From Cyanophora paradoxa CCMP329 (taxonomy: Eukaryota > Plantae > Glaucophyta): DNA of 64,000 nucleotides. This document shows positions 1 through 10,393 of the stretch, piece after piece (the first letter of the stretch is position 1; each line of letters starts with the position of its first letter). The position numbers and the translations under genes are program-made. The stretch covers positions 1 to 64,000 of the forward strand of contig QPMI01000498.1 in assembly GCA_004431415.1 (NCBI GenBank), given 5' to 3'. The notes beneath the pieces were generated by a model. It ran no database searches. It was not told the DNA's origin and saw only the letters and a program-made list of their open reading frames with translations.

Positions 1-52
1 CCAACGGACTCGGAACTCGGAAAAGGGGGAGGGGAGAATGAACTTTGAAAAG

Positions 53-241
53 TTAGCGCCCGGCGGGGCGCATGCCGGCCGCCGCCTGCGAGCAGGAGCC
101 GGGGGCGTAGAGGGACTTGGCGGCGTAGCCGAAGCCCACGCCGATGACCGCCGAGGCCGTGGGGGTGCCGCCGAGGAGCCAGGTGAGGGTCGCGGCCAGC
201 GCTCCTAGCGAGTAATGGGCAGGATAAGCTTCGAAGGCCAT
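53..241 (-). CDS. Small (62 aa) hydrophobic/membrane protein, virus-like
   Basis: ATG at 241, MAFEAYPAHYSLGALAATLTWLLGGTPTASAVIGVGFGYAAKSLY...; two hydrophobic stretches; intronless; starts about 50 bp after the helicase stop. Confidence 0.5.
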   Translation of the reverse strand: MAFEAYPAHYSLGALAATLTWLLGGTPTASAVIGVGFGYAAKSLYAPGSCSQAAAGMRPAGR

Positions 242-290
242 CGCGGGACCGAATTGAGGGAGGGTTGAGAAAAAATACCGCCTCGGGGCC

Positions 291-3200
291 TCAGTGGTGC
301 AGGTGCCGGAAGCGCGCCTCGTCCTCGGCCTCCTCGCGCGCCGCCTGCTCCTCCGCCGCGTCGATCTCCGCCCGCGAGGCCTCCCGCGCCGCCCGCCTTG
401 CGTACGAGGTGGGCACCGGCGCCCGCCGGTAGCTGTAGCTGAGGCCCTTCGCCAGCTCCACGGTCCGTCCTCGAACGCCCGCCAGCTCTCCACGGCCTCC
501 GCCCGCGCTCGCGCGGAAGCCGCCTCCAGCTCGGCGCGGAAGGCGGCGGTCTCCTGCATGCGCCGGGCCCAGAGGCCCTGGCGCCGCTCCTCCGCCTCGC
601 GCGCCTGGCGCGCCGCCGCCGCCGCCGCCGCTCGGCCTCGCTGGGCCCCGAAGCCTGGATGCGCGGTGAGGACGGCGCCGGGGCCGGGAGGGGCTGGGGC
701 CGTCGGCGCTCGCGGAGGAGGCCGAGCTCCCGTAGCCGCTCGGGCCCGCGCCGCCGTTCGTCGGGGTACCCTGCCCTTGGATCAGGAGGGGGCGGGGGGA
801 GGGGGGGTACGGGAGGGAAGGCGGGGGTACGCGGGGCCGGACCTGGCGCGGCAGCATCTCGTCGATGCGCTGCTGGCCGGGGCGCTGCTGGGGGGCCGTG
901 GCGGGGGCTGGGGCGGGAGGAAGGCCGGCGCCGAGTTGCGGGTGCGCTTGCCCTTGCCCTTGGTGTGGGCTGGACGAGGAAGGCCCGACGTCGGCCACCG
1001 GGTCCTTGAACTGCGCGACGGGGATCGCGATCGCCTCCAGCGCCGGCTGGCTCTCGCCGAGGGAGAGCGGGCCTTGGGGACGATGCCGCGGATGTAGGTC
1101 TGCCAGACGCCGCCGAGCTTGTAGGAGTAGGGGCGGCACCAGGAGCCGAGCCGGCGAGGTCTCGTCCAGCCGGCCGTTCTCGATGTCGGCGCCGACGGCG
1201 GCGAGGTGTCGGGCCCTCCGTGCGCGCGATGTACTCGACGATTGCCCGCGACGCTCGTCATGTAGCCCTCCGTGTTCGGGGCGGCGACGTACGTGGTGGG
1301 GTCGACGGCGCAGTGGGTGACGATGAAGCGGGTGAGGGGCACTTGGTCGTCTCCTGCCAGAAGCCGAGGCGCTGCGCCCGCAGCCACGCCGGCTCGAAGG
1401 CCTGGATGCAGGAGGCCTTGCGTCGGAGAAGCGCGTGGATGATCTTCCACGCGAAGGTGAAGGCCGCGACCATGAGCGCCGGCAGCTCGTTCTCGCGGAT
1501 GTCGGAGTGGAGGTAGGTGCGCTTCTTGGCCGGCTTGTGGTCGAGGGGGATGAGGACGACGCGGGCGAAGAACTCGAGCATGCGGTTCTCGAGCTGCGCC
1601 GGGGCAAGTGAGAAAGGGCGCCGGGGAAGGGGAAGGGGGCAGGGAACGGGCGCACCTGCGGGAAGCTGTTGCAGACGATGACAAGCACCTTGCGCGTCGC
1701 CTTGGTGCGCACATCGTCACCGCGGACGTTCTTGAAGTTGCGGGAGTAGGCGTCGCCGGAGCGCATCTTGAGCTCCTCCTCCGAGCAGGCCTTAGGGTCG
1801 AGGCCCTCCGCCATCACCATGCAGATCGCCTCCTCGCCGCCGTGCTCCGAGAAGGCCGAGCCCTTGGAGGGGCGGTAGACGCAGACGCGCCCGGCGGCAG
1901 GCACTCCGTCATGATCTGCGTCACCATCGACTTGCCTGTGCCCGACTGGCCCTTGATGATGCCGCAGTACTGCAGCATGGCGCCCTCGGACGGCGGCTCG
2001 ATCTCCGCGCGCGGCTCCCGGTCGAAGACGGGCTTGTCGCAGAAGTTCCACGGCCCGACGAGGTTGAAGGCGTAGAGGACGGCCGCCGCGTAGCCGAACT
2101 CGTCGGCCGTCACGTAGCCGTTGTCCGCCAGGTGCTTGACGACGTTGGGCATGAAGGGGTGCAGCATGCCGTACACGGTGGGCCAGTCGCAGGTCTCGGT
2201 CGCCTCCTCGATGCCCGCGGGCAGGCGCCCCTGGATGTAGCAGGTGTTCATGTAGCCCGCGTACCGCTCCCGTGCCTCCTCGTGCGTCATGACGAGGACG
2301 CAGGCGCTGCCCGTGCTGTCCTGCGGCGCCCGCACCACGAAATCTGCGCAAGGGGCGTCGGCGGGGTACGGGGCGGGGCGCAGGGGTACGGGCGGCGCAC
2401 GCGTGTCGCAGGCGAAGGCGAAGCCGGGGATGACGGGCATCTCGGGGCAGACGTCCTCGAGCTGGAGGACTCCTCCACGAACGTGCGCGTCCGCCCCGAG
2501 AGCACCTCCTTCGAGAAGGTGAACTCGAAGGAGCCGGGGCTGGACTCGTAGGTCTTGTGGAAGGTCATCGCCAGCAGCTGGATGACCTCCTTCATCGTCC
2601 CGCGCCCGGCGTGCCTGTTCGCGCTGACCTTGTCGTACACGAAGAGGTTCGGGAGCTCGACGTAGAAGGTGGGCGGGGAGTTCGGGCCGTAGGGTCTCTG
2701 GCGCACGATCCGCTGCGCCGGCAAAAGGGGGTTAGCGGGGTTCGAACGCGGGGAGGGGGGCGCACCGGCCGAAGGCGGCTCGGACCCAGCGCCTTAAGCA
2801 GCTGGGCCACGGCCGCCTCCGGCCTCTAAAGGGGCGGGGCGCGCAGCTAAGGGGGGCGGGGCGCACGTTGTTCTTGACGAAGAGGCGGAGCGCATCCTGA
2901 ATGGCCGCCTCCTTCTTGGACTTGTTGTCCTTGCTGTACGTTGTCACGTCGTCGTACTTGGACATGTCGATCTCGGGCGCCTCGCGCGGCTGCGCCGCCA
3001 GCTCCGCCCGCGCCAGCTCCAGCCTGGTGGCGCGCGGCGGCTCGCCGTCGCTCTCCGACGCCTGGCCGTCGTCGTGGTCCGCCTCCGCCTCCGCCCGCTG
3101 ATCGCGCAGCAGCTGCCGCTCGCGCTCGCGCCGCTGCTGGGCCCGGCGGGAGAGGCGGCCGGCGCGGGGGGCCGGAGGGGGCGGAGGGGGCATGTGGCCG

Positions 3201-3739
3201 AGGGAGGAGGCGGGCGTGGCGACGGGCGTGCCCCGCGGCGGCGAGGGATGGGGCGGGCGAGGGGGTACCCTGGACGGAGGGCGGCGGGCGCTGCGAGGGC
3301 TGCGAGGGCGGAAGGGACTGAAGGCCGAGGGGTTGCCGCTCGGGCGCCAGGAGACGTCGGAGGCGGCGGGGCTGGCGGGGGGCACGGGGGCGGGCGGGCG
3401 GCGGGGGGAGACGAGGGGCGGCCTGGGGCCAGCGTCGCCGGGCTCGTCGTCCGAGAACTCCTCCACGGGCGGCGGCGGGGCGTACTCGAGGGAGGGGGAG
3501 GGCGGGAGGGGGTAGAACTCGTCGACGGGGGGCTCGGGCTCGAAGGTGTCCCCCGCCCCCGCCGCCGCCAGCTCGGCGTCGGCCTCGCCCTCGCGCTCGC
3601 GCTCGCGCTCCAGCTCCATCGCGTACTCCTCCGCCACCTCCAGCTCGCGCGCCGCCTTCGCGTCCGCCGCCGCCGCCAGCGCGGCCTCCTCCTCCATCTC
3701 GCGCTCGGCCTCCAGCTCCTCCTCTGTGGGCAGGGTCAT
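291..3739 (-). CDS. D5-like superfamily 3 helicase (multi-exon, several apparent frameshifts)
   Basis: Walker A IIKGQSGTGKS (~1928-1960), Walker B-like ICMVMAE, motif C LVIVCNSFP (~1660-1690), Arg-finger-like FFARVVLIP, C-terminal PLTRFIVTHCAVDP resembling the D5 winged-helix region; GTGCGC..AG introns. Confidence 0.75.
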
Positions 3740-5450
3740 TCCTTTGCGGCGCCGGAACGCCCTAGGCTCAGAATTTTGGGGTGGGGAGGGCGCACCGGCC
3801 GGCTCGGGGCCGGCCGCCTTGGGGCCGCCGCCTCCATCTGCTCGCCGAGATCGCGCCGCGCCGCCGGGGCGGGCACGTCCTCCTTCTCGAACTTGAGGTT
3901 GATGTAGGCGACCTTGCCCTTGCCCTTGCCCTTCGCCTGGGCCTGGGCCTGGGCCACGCGCATGGCGCGCGCGAGGCCCTCCGCCGTGATCTTGCTAACT
4001 CCGGCCCCGTCGCCGGAGGCGGAGGCCGTCGCCTCGCCGATCGCCGCCTTGAAGACGGCGGTCATCTCCCGGCCGGCGCGCGGCAGGCTCCGCGCCCGCT
4101 CGAGCTCCTCCTCCGTGAAGTCCAGCGCCCGGGCCGCGGCGGCGGCCTCGGCCTCGCGCTCCGCCTCGGAATCCGAGTCGGAATCCGAGGACTCCGCGGC
4201 CGCGAGCATGGGGCGGGGGCGGGAGGCGGCGGCGGCGGCGGCGGCGGCCGCCTTGTCGAAGACGGGGACGAAGAAGGTGAGGGCGAGGGTGCGCCGCGGC
4301 ACCACGTACTTCACGGCGCCGTGGATCATGGGCCGCCCGTGCGAGTCCGGCATCGAGCACCGGCGGATGACCTGCGAGGGGGTTTAAATGGCATCTAAAT
4401 AGTCTAAATAGCATCTAAATAGCATCCAAATAGAAACGGCGCACCTGCACGCGGTCGCCGATGGTGACGCCGGGCACCTCGAACTCAGGAACCAGGTCGA
4501 AGGCGCAGATGCCCTGGCGCCCGTGGCGGTCCCGGCACGTCCGGCAGGCCGCCTCCAGCACGATGCGGATGGCGTAGGCGTCGGTGAGGACGCCGGTGTC
4601 CGGCCGCTCGCCCCAGACCGCCGAGCTCTCGTGGCGCGTGATGAACGCGCGGCTGTTCCGCATGATGCAGCGCGCCTCGACGCCCATGATGCCCTTCGCC
4701 AGCCTCTGCGGGCCGGCGGGGGTCGGCGGGAGGGGCGGCCGCGGCTGCACGGGCGGCCGGGGGCGCACCTCGGGCGTGTAGGCCGGGTCCGAGCTGAGCA
4801 CCAGCAGCCAGAGCAGGTGCGGGGCCGCCTCCGCCATGCGGTTGAAGTAGAACTCCTCCGGGCCCGCCAGCAGGCCAATCGTGCGCCACTCGCCCTTGGC
4901 GATGTGCCGGGGCACGGCGCCCATGAGCAGCCGCAGGCGCTGCGCCGCGAACAGCCGGCGGGCGTCGGAATCGCGCCCGGGCTTCGGCTTGCTCGGCGTG
5001 TCGAAGTTCTCCTCCGTCATGTTCAGCGCCGCGTGCATCGCCCGCACGTCCGCGTCCTGCGAGCGCGGCGGCGCCTCAGCCGCTGCGAGCCGGGCGCGCG
5101 AGGGAGAAAGAGGCAGCGAGCACCTCCGCGAGCCGCAGCCGCGACAGGACGGAGTCGATGGAGAACTGCACCGACGGGCCGGGGGCGCCCTCGAGGTTCA
5201 AGGTCCGCGCCGCGGCCAGCTTGCGCTTGCGCTCGGCCAGCTCGGTCTTGCGCAGCACATCCTTGCTGTTCGGGCTGAACTGCATGCCATCCTCCAGCGC
5301 ACGCGCCTGCGCCTCCTTCGCCTGGTCGCTGATACCGGCCTCGAACACCGTCCAATCGACGCCGAAGCTGTCGCCGACGCAGAGAACGTCGTACAGCGTG
5401 TTCTTCGCCAGCTTAGCCGGGATCTCCGGAGGGAGCGCGAGCCGAGACAT
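3736..5450 (-). CDS. Unknown multi-exon protein; probably the N-terminal part of the helicase gene
   Basis: ORFs 5076-5450, 4415-5047 and 3736-4353 join in frame through GT..CAG introns (RLAE|DADV, DRVQ|VIRR); an intron at ~3742-3795 plus one indel would join it to the MTLPT... helicase ORF. Confidence 0.6.
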
Positions 5451-5757
5451 GCTGCTGCCGCCGATGCTGCCGCCGGTGCTGCGCGCGCTCTGCTGGGAGT
5501 GCTGCGCGCGCTGCGAAGGTTCTGGCGCCAAGGTCCCAGCCGATTTGAACGAGCGGCCTGCATTGCATCGCCGGACTGGGCAGTCAAAAAAAGCGAGAAA
5601 CCGACCGGGGTTCGAGCCCAAGGGGGGTACGCATTTTGAGGGGGGGGGGGGAAGCGGGCTTCAAGTCTGAGTCTTCGCGAGTTGGGGAGGGAACAAGCCA
5701 GCGGGGGTACGACGTTGAACGGAATCCGTTGAGACATCGCGGGCAGTAACACTCGCG

Positions 5758-8560
5758 ATGCAGGCGGCGACCTTCCGCTCGTGCGCGAAGCAGCAGCAGC
5801 CCGGCGAGCAGGACAGCATAGCCCGCGATCTCGGCAGCCTGTCGGCGGAGGAGGCGCTCAACGCGATGACCTGCGATAGCGTGTTCAACTCGGCCGGCGT
5901 GCCGCGCTTCGAGCCGTTCGGCGGGCTGAAGAAGATCCAGAACACGGACGGCCACCCGAAGCGCTTGAAGACCAAGGGCCAGTTCACGCCGGTGAATAAG
6001 TTCAACGAGGTTCGCGGTTTCGCCCGCACCGCTTCGGCCCCGGCTCACATGCCCGGCTCGCGTGCCCCGCGCGCAGATCGTGCCTTACAGCATTCACGAG
6101 CTGCCGGAGCATGTGAAGGCGAAGTACGGCTTCACGCACGGCGATGTGGCGCTGTTGCTGATGTCCGACAATGCGGCGGCGGGCTGCTTCAACAGCATCG
6201 CGCTCCATCGCGATTTCCATCCGCGCGCGATCTTCTCCGGCACTCCGGAGCAGAAGGAGTTCCTCGCGGACCTCAAATCCGGCAGCGGCGGCGCCCACGG
6301 GGTGAGGGCCCTTCCCTGCGCTCGCGTGCCCGCGCTTGCTCACGCGCGGGCCGCTGCAGCTCTTGATCGCGCGGGATCAGTGCCTGGCGTCGGTGACGGA
6401 GAAGGAGAAGGCCAGCCCGTCCGGCCTCGGCGTTCGGTGCGATTACGTCATCGTCACCAAGCGCATCAACCCGACGTACGCCAAGAAGTACGACCTCAAC
6501 TTCGTCTACGTGAAGGAGGGGCCGCCGGCCTCGCAGTACACCGTCACCGTCCAGGCCGGCATCTGCGCCGGCGAGACCATCCAAGGCGCGTACCACGGCG
6601 TCGGCACGCTCCCGTCCGGCGGCTTCTTCGACGTCGTTGATCACATGTTCCTCTCCTGCGCCGATGACATTTACGTGCGCGAGAGCCCGCCCTTTCCCCT
6701 TTCCCCTGCCCCTGCGCGCGCTAAGGTCGCGTCCGCAGGTCGGGGAGAACCCGAGCGCGGAGAGCCCGCTGGGCTACGCGTACTGGCTGGTCAGCGTGCA
6801 GAAGGTGCTCTCCTGCGCGGCCCTTCTGAAGTACGCCAGCGTCTGCGACTCCGGCATGCGGCCCCAGCTCCAGCTTCTCGTGGATCAGGGCCGGAGCGAC
6901 GAGACCCGCCAGCGCCACCGCGATCTCGCGCGGACGGCCGTGCTGAAGCTGGAGGAGGTTCTGCGCGAGGGCCACCCAAACGGGCCGGCCCGCGCCCGTG
7001 AGATCCTCTCGGCGGCCATCTCCGTGATCGTCGGCGAGCTCTCGCACACGGTCCGCCGCCGCCCCGCTTAGCCCGCCTCTCCTCCCTGACCCCGGGCCCT
7101 CGGAGCGCAGGAGGAGTCGGACGTTCTCACGGCGCGGGCGGACGAGTTCCAGCGCCAGGCGGAGAAGATCAAGTGCTGGTACGAGAAGGTGAAGAAGGCG
7201 GAGGAGACGGACCTGCGCGACTGGGGCAGCAAGAGCGGCGACGCCGAATTCGACCGCGACAAGCTCAAGCGCGTCTTCTTCTGGATGCGCATCTGCGCCA
7301 AGCTGGAGGCGCTGATGGACGAGTGGCACATCGAGGGCGTCCGTCTGGCGAAGGCGATGATCGCCATGGAGTGGGGCCACGGCCACCCGGCGCGCAAGGA
7401 GTGCAGCATGCTGGCCAAGGAGATCGGCCGCCGGGGCCGCTACATCAAGGAGGTGGCCTACGGCATCGAATGTGCGTCCGCCCCGCCCTTGGCCTGCGCC
7501 CCCGCCCTTGGCCTGCGCCCCGCGCTCTCCCCGCTCACCCCCTCTCCCGCAGTTACCATCCCGCTCGTCCAATTCTTCCAGCGCGAGTTTGTGCTGATCC
7601 AGGCCTCCATCATCAAGATCGGGTCGCTCTCCGCCAAGGAGGTGGACGAGGCAAGGGACGAGGGCCAGGCGGAGGCGGAGGCGCGCTGGGACGATGCGGC
7701 GTTCAGCGCCGTCTGGGGCGTCGGGGACAACGCGCTCTCGCCCCCCGCCCCGTTCGGCTTCAGCGGGCGGCCCGCGCTGGCGTTCGACGAGCACGGCCTC
7801 CCCGAGCTGGCGGAGGCGGACGCCGTCGGCTTCAACTGGGCGACGTTCGAGGCCCGCATCGACGAGAAGGCGAAGGAGGCGCAGATGCGGCTGCTGGAGG
7901 AGGGCCTCGTCCCGGCGCCGGTGCCCGCGCCCTTCCCCCTTCCTCTCCTCCTCGCCCCTCTCACCGCCTCCTCCAGCCCCCGGCGTCCTCGGCTCCGGCG
8001 CCCTTGGCTCCGGCGCCCTCGCCCCCGGCCCTCTGCCCCACCTACGGAGAGAGGTGCGCCCACGGCGCCGATTGCGCCCTCAACGGCTCCCACCTCCTGC
8101 CCGCCAAGAAGGCCCGCCTCGGCCTCTTCTCACCCCACCCTCTCAGCCCGGTGAGTGACTCTGAATCGGAGGGCTCGGAGGCCTATAGCACGCCCCGCGA
8201 CCCCGACGCCCCGCCCCACAAGGCCGGCGCCTTCGGCTTCTGTGAGTGACGCCCCCGCGCAGGCCCTGCCGACGCCGCCCGTCGCCAACCGCACCGTCTT
8301 CGTCCAGGTGAGTGCCAGGGCTGCCGCGAGTGGCGGCTCGAGAACTTCTCGGCTCAGGTCCCCGCCACGCAGCAGGCCGGCGCGATCCCGGCCTCGCCGC
8401 CCGTGACCGTCGACGTCGAGGGCGGTATGTTCGAGATGGAGCTGGAGCCGGCGCCCTCGCAGGCCCTCGCCACCCAGGGCTCGGCCCCGGCTCGCCGCCG
8501 CCGTCCCAGCCCTCCCTCCCGCTGGTGCACGCCAACTCCAACATCTTCGAGGGCTGCTGA
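5758..8560 (+). CDS. Unknown multi-exon protein, divergent from the helicase gene
   Basis: Coding-like exons in ORFs 5758, 6062, 6336, 6637 and 7189 joined by GTTCGC/GTGAGG/GTGCGC/GTCCGC..CAG introns; no recognisable family; 3' end approximate. Confidence 0.65.
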
Positions 8561-8819
8561 GGGCCCTGAAACGGTGCGCGCAGGCCCGTCCCGCCCTCCC
8601 AGAGCAAGTGGTCCACAACGCCATAGTGGACGCCATGTGGGATAACAGGGGCCGCCTCCCCACCCCTTCCGCTACGTCTCTATGGCCCTCCGCGGCCTCG
8701 CCTTCCCGCCCCCCTGCACCGAGCAGCTCAACCAAATCCTGCGCGGTCTGATTCATTACAGACTCGCCTACCCGGCCTGGGCCTGAGCTACACCAAGCTA
8801 CGGTGAGTCCGACCAAGCC

Positions 8820-8942
8820 CTGTCCCGGGTCCCGGGAAAATTTATATTAAGATTCCAAAGACCTGGGACAGAAGTAGTCTGACCAAGAGACGTGTCCGGA
8901 CCCTCCCAATAATCATATAGAGTATTGGAAAGGTCCGGACAC
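8820..8942. terminator. Twin stem-loops between convergent genes (putative 3'-end signals or origin)
   Basis: Arms 8820-8831/8860-8871 (11/12 match) and 8892-8911/8923-8942 (18/20 match) with AT-rich loops; each preceded by GTCYGACCAAG (8807, 8877). Confidence 0.5.
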
Positions 8943-9607
8943 TAGAGGAGGGCGTACGACTTAAACTCGCGCAGCGCCGCCTGCTCCTCGCTGAGGTTCT
9001 CTGACTTCATTCGATCGCTGTAGGGCTCGGGCGGCGTGCCCTCCTTGACGTGCATCCAAAATAGATGTAAGCACTTCCTCATGAGCTTGATGTACCTCTC
9101 GTCCCGTCTGACGTACCACGTTTGCACGCGCAGAGGAGTGAAGCAAAAAAGTTCGGCCCACTCGCGGCCCGTTATGTCCAGCAGGCCCTGGAGCTGGGGC
9201 ATGTAATAAGTTGGGACCTTTTCGTAGAGTTCTTGTTTGTAGGGGCATTTTATTTCAAGTATACGATCGCTTCCAATCAGCCCGTCCGGGCTGCCCGCCA
9301 GGAAGGGCAGTTCCTTATGTTCGTGCAATCCAGTATGTTGCACGTCCACGTTGTTGTTCGACGTTTTGTAGAGAGAGACCGCGAGGGGCTCATAGTCATG
9401 CCCATAGGTTAGGGCAGGGTTGTCAAAGTTGTTTTCCTCCGCTATCCCGCTTAGCTCCGCCCACAGGCGGGCCCTGGATTTCCAGGGATTTATGCCGCAC
9501 GCAGCCGCAAAGTTCGAGGCAGTTAGCTTTTCGCGGCGCGCCGCGTGCCACGCCGCGCTCCCCTGTTGCAAGTTCTCGCAAGTCTCGCAATCTGTATCGG
9601 TATGCAT
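8942..9607 (-). CDS. YqaJ-like viral recombinase / lambda-exonuclease family nuclease
   Basis: QGSAAWHAARREKLTASNF, YGHDYEPLA, FLAGSPDG, LEIKCP and YYMPQLQ motifs; intronless; lower GC than the host genes. Confidence 0.92.
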   Translation of the reverse strand: MHTDTDCETCENLQQGSAAWHAARREKLTASNFAAACGINPWKSRARLWAELSGIAEENNFDNPALTYGHDYEPLAVSLYKTSNNNVDVQHTGLHEHKELPFLAGSPDGLIGSDRILEIKCPYKQELYEKVPTYYMPQLQGLLDITGREWAELFCFTPLRVQTWYVRRDERYIKLMRKCLHLFWMHVKEGTPPEPYSDRMKSENLSEEQAALREFKSYALL

Positions 9608-9657
9608 GACTTGGTCTCGCAGTAGCGTTTAGAATTTCTTGATGTGTGCAATTGCAA

Positions 9658-10356
9658 ATGTCGGATGCAGAGGAAGCGCCCAAGGACGTGATCGCACAGT
9701 TCATAGATCAGGTCAAGGACCTTAGACGCTGGGTGGTAGAGCAGGCCTCGCGACCGAATCGACAGCGCCAACCCTGGCCGGTGCTGGAGCTGGCCCGGGC
9801 AGGGTGGCTGGACAGCCATTACAACTATGGCGGGGCCTCATACGTCCGGAGCCACGACGAGGGCAGGATTATCGACGAGTTCAAGCGCATCTGGTTCGCC
9901 CTGGGCTCCAAGCTCAGCATACTCTCGACCCTCCCGGACCACATTCGCATGCAAATCCTCGAGCGGTACGCGAAGGCAAGGGACTCGGAATGGGACGACG
10001 TAAATTTGCGCGACCTCTCGCGCTTGCGCTCGGCTGTGACGGCGTACGTCACGAACTATGAGTATCACACCAAAAAGCCCCAATTCGAAGTTGAGCCGAT
10101 TCCGGCAAATCTGGTACCCCTGGGCTGGGAAGAGTACCCCGAGTACTCGTGGAACAGGGGCCTCAACCCCCGGCGCCAGGCCCTGCCAGCCCCGCCCGCC
10201 CCACCGATAAACGCCCCCGCCCCACGTGACGTCGGGCGAGACATACGCGAATGGGAGGAGTGGAGCAACGACCCGAAGAACTGGCTACCCGAGGAGGCGG
10301 AGATGCGCAAGCGCGCGAGGCTGATGCCCGGCTACAAGTACCCCGACCGCGAGTAG
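9658..10356 (+). CDS. Intronless orphan protein (F-box-like motif LSTLPDHIRMQIL)
   Basis: Clean 232-aa ORF from ATG 9658, 50 bp from the YqaJ start; ordinary amino-acid composition. Confidence 0.7.
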   Translation: MSDAEEAPKDVIAQFIDQVKDLRRWVVEQASRPNRQRQPWPVLELARAGWLDSHYNYGGASYVRSHDEGRIIDEFKRIWFALGSKLSILSTLPDHIRMQILERYAKARDSEWDDVNLRDLSRLRSAVTAYVTNYEYHTKKPQFEVEPIPANLVPLGWEEYPEYSWNRGLNPRRQALPAPPAPPINAPAPRDVGRDIREWEEWSNDPKNWLPEEAEMRKRARLMPGYKYPDRE

Positions 10357-10393
10357 GGGGTACAGGTAGAAATTCTCAGCGAGCCGCGAGCGA

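Noticed and set aside
450-2480. Programmed frameshifting or true pseudogenisation of the helicase
   Set aside because: Single-base indels also differ at random between near-identical repeat copies in this window, so sequencing error cannot be excluded
5586-5640. tRNA-like GGGCTCGAACCCC followed by a T-run on the - strand
   Set aside because: No D arm, anticodon arm or acceptor-stem pairing upstream
8892-8945. Helitron 3' end (hairpin + CTAG)
   Set aside because: CTAG abuts the stem, is followed by A rather than T, and overlaps the YqaJ stop; no Rep/PIF1 gene is seen
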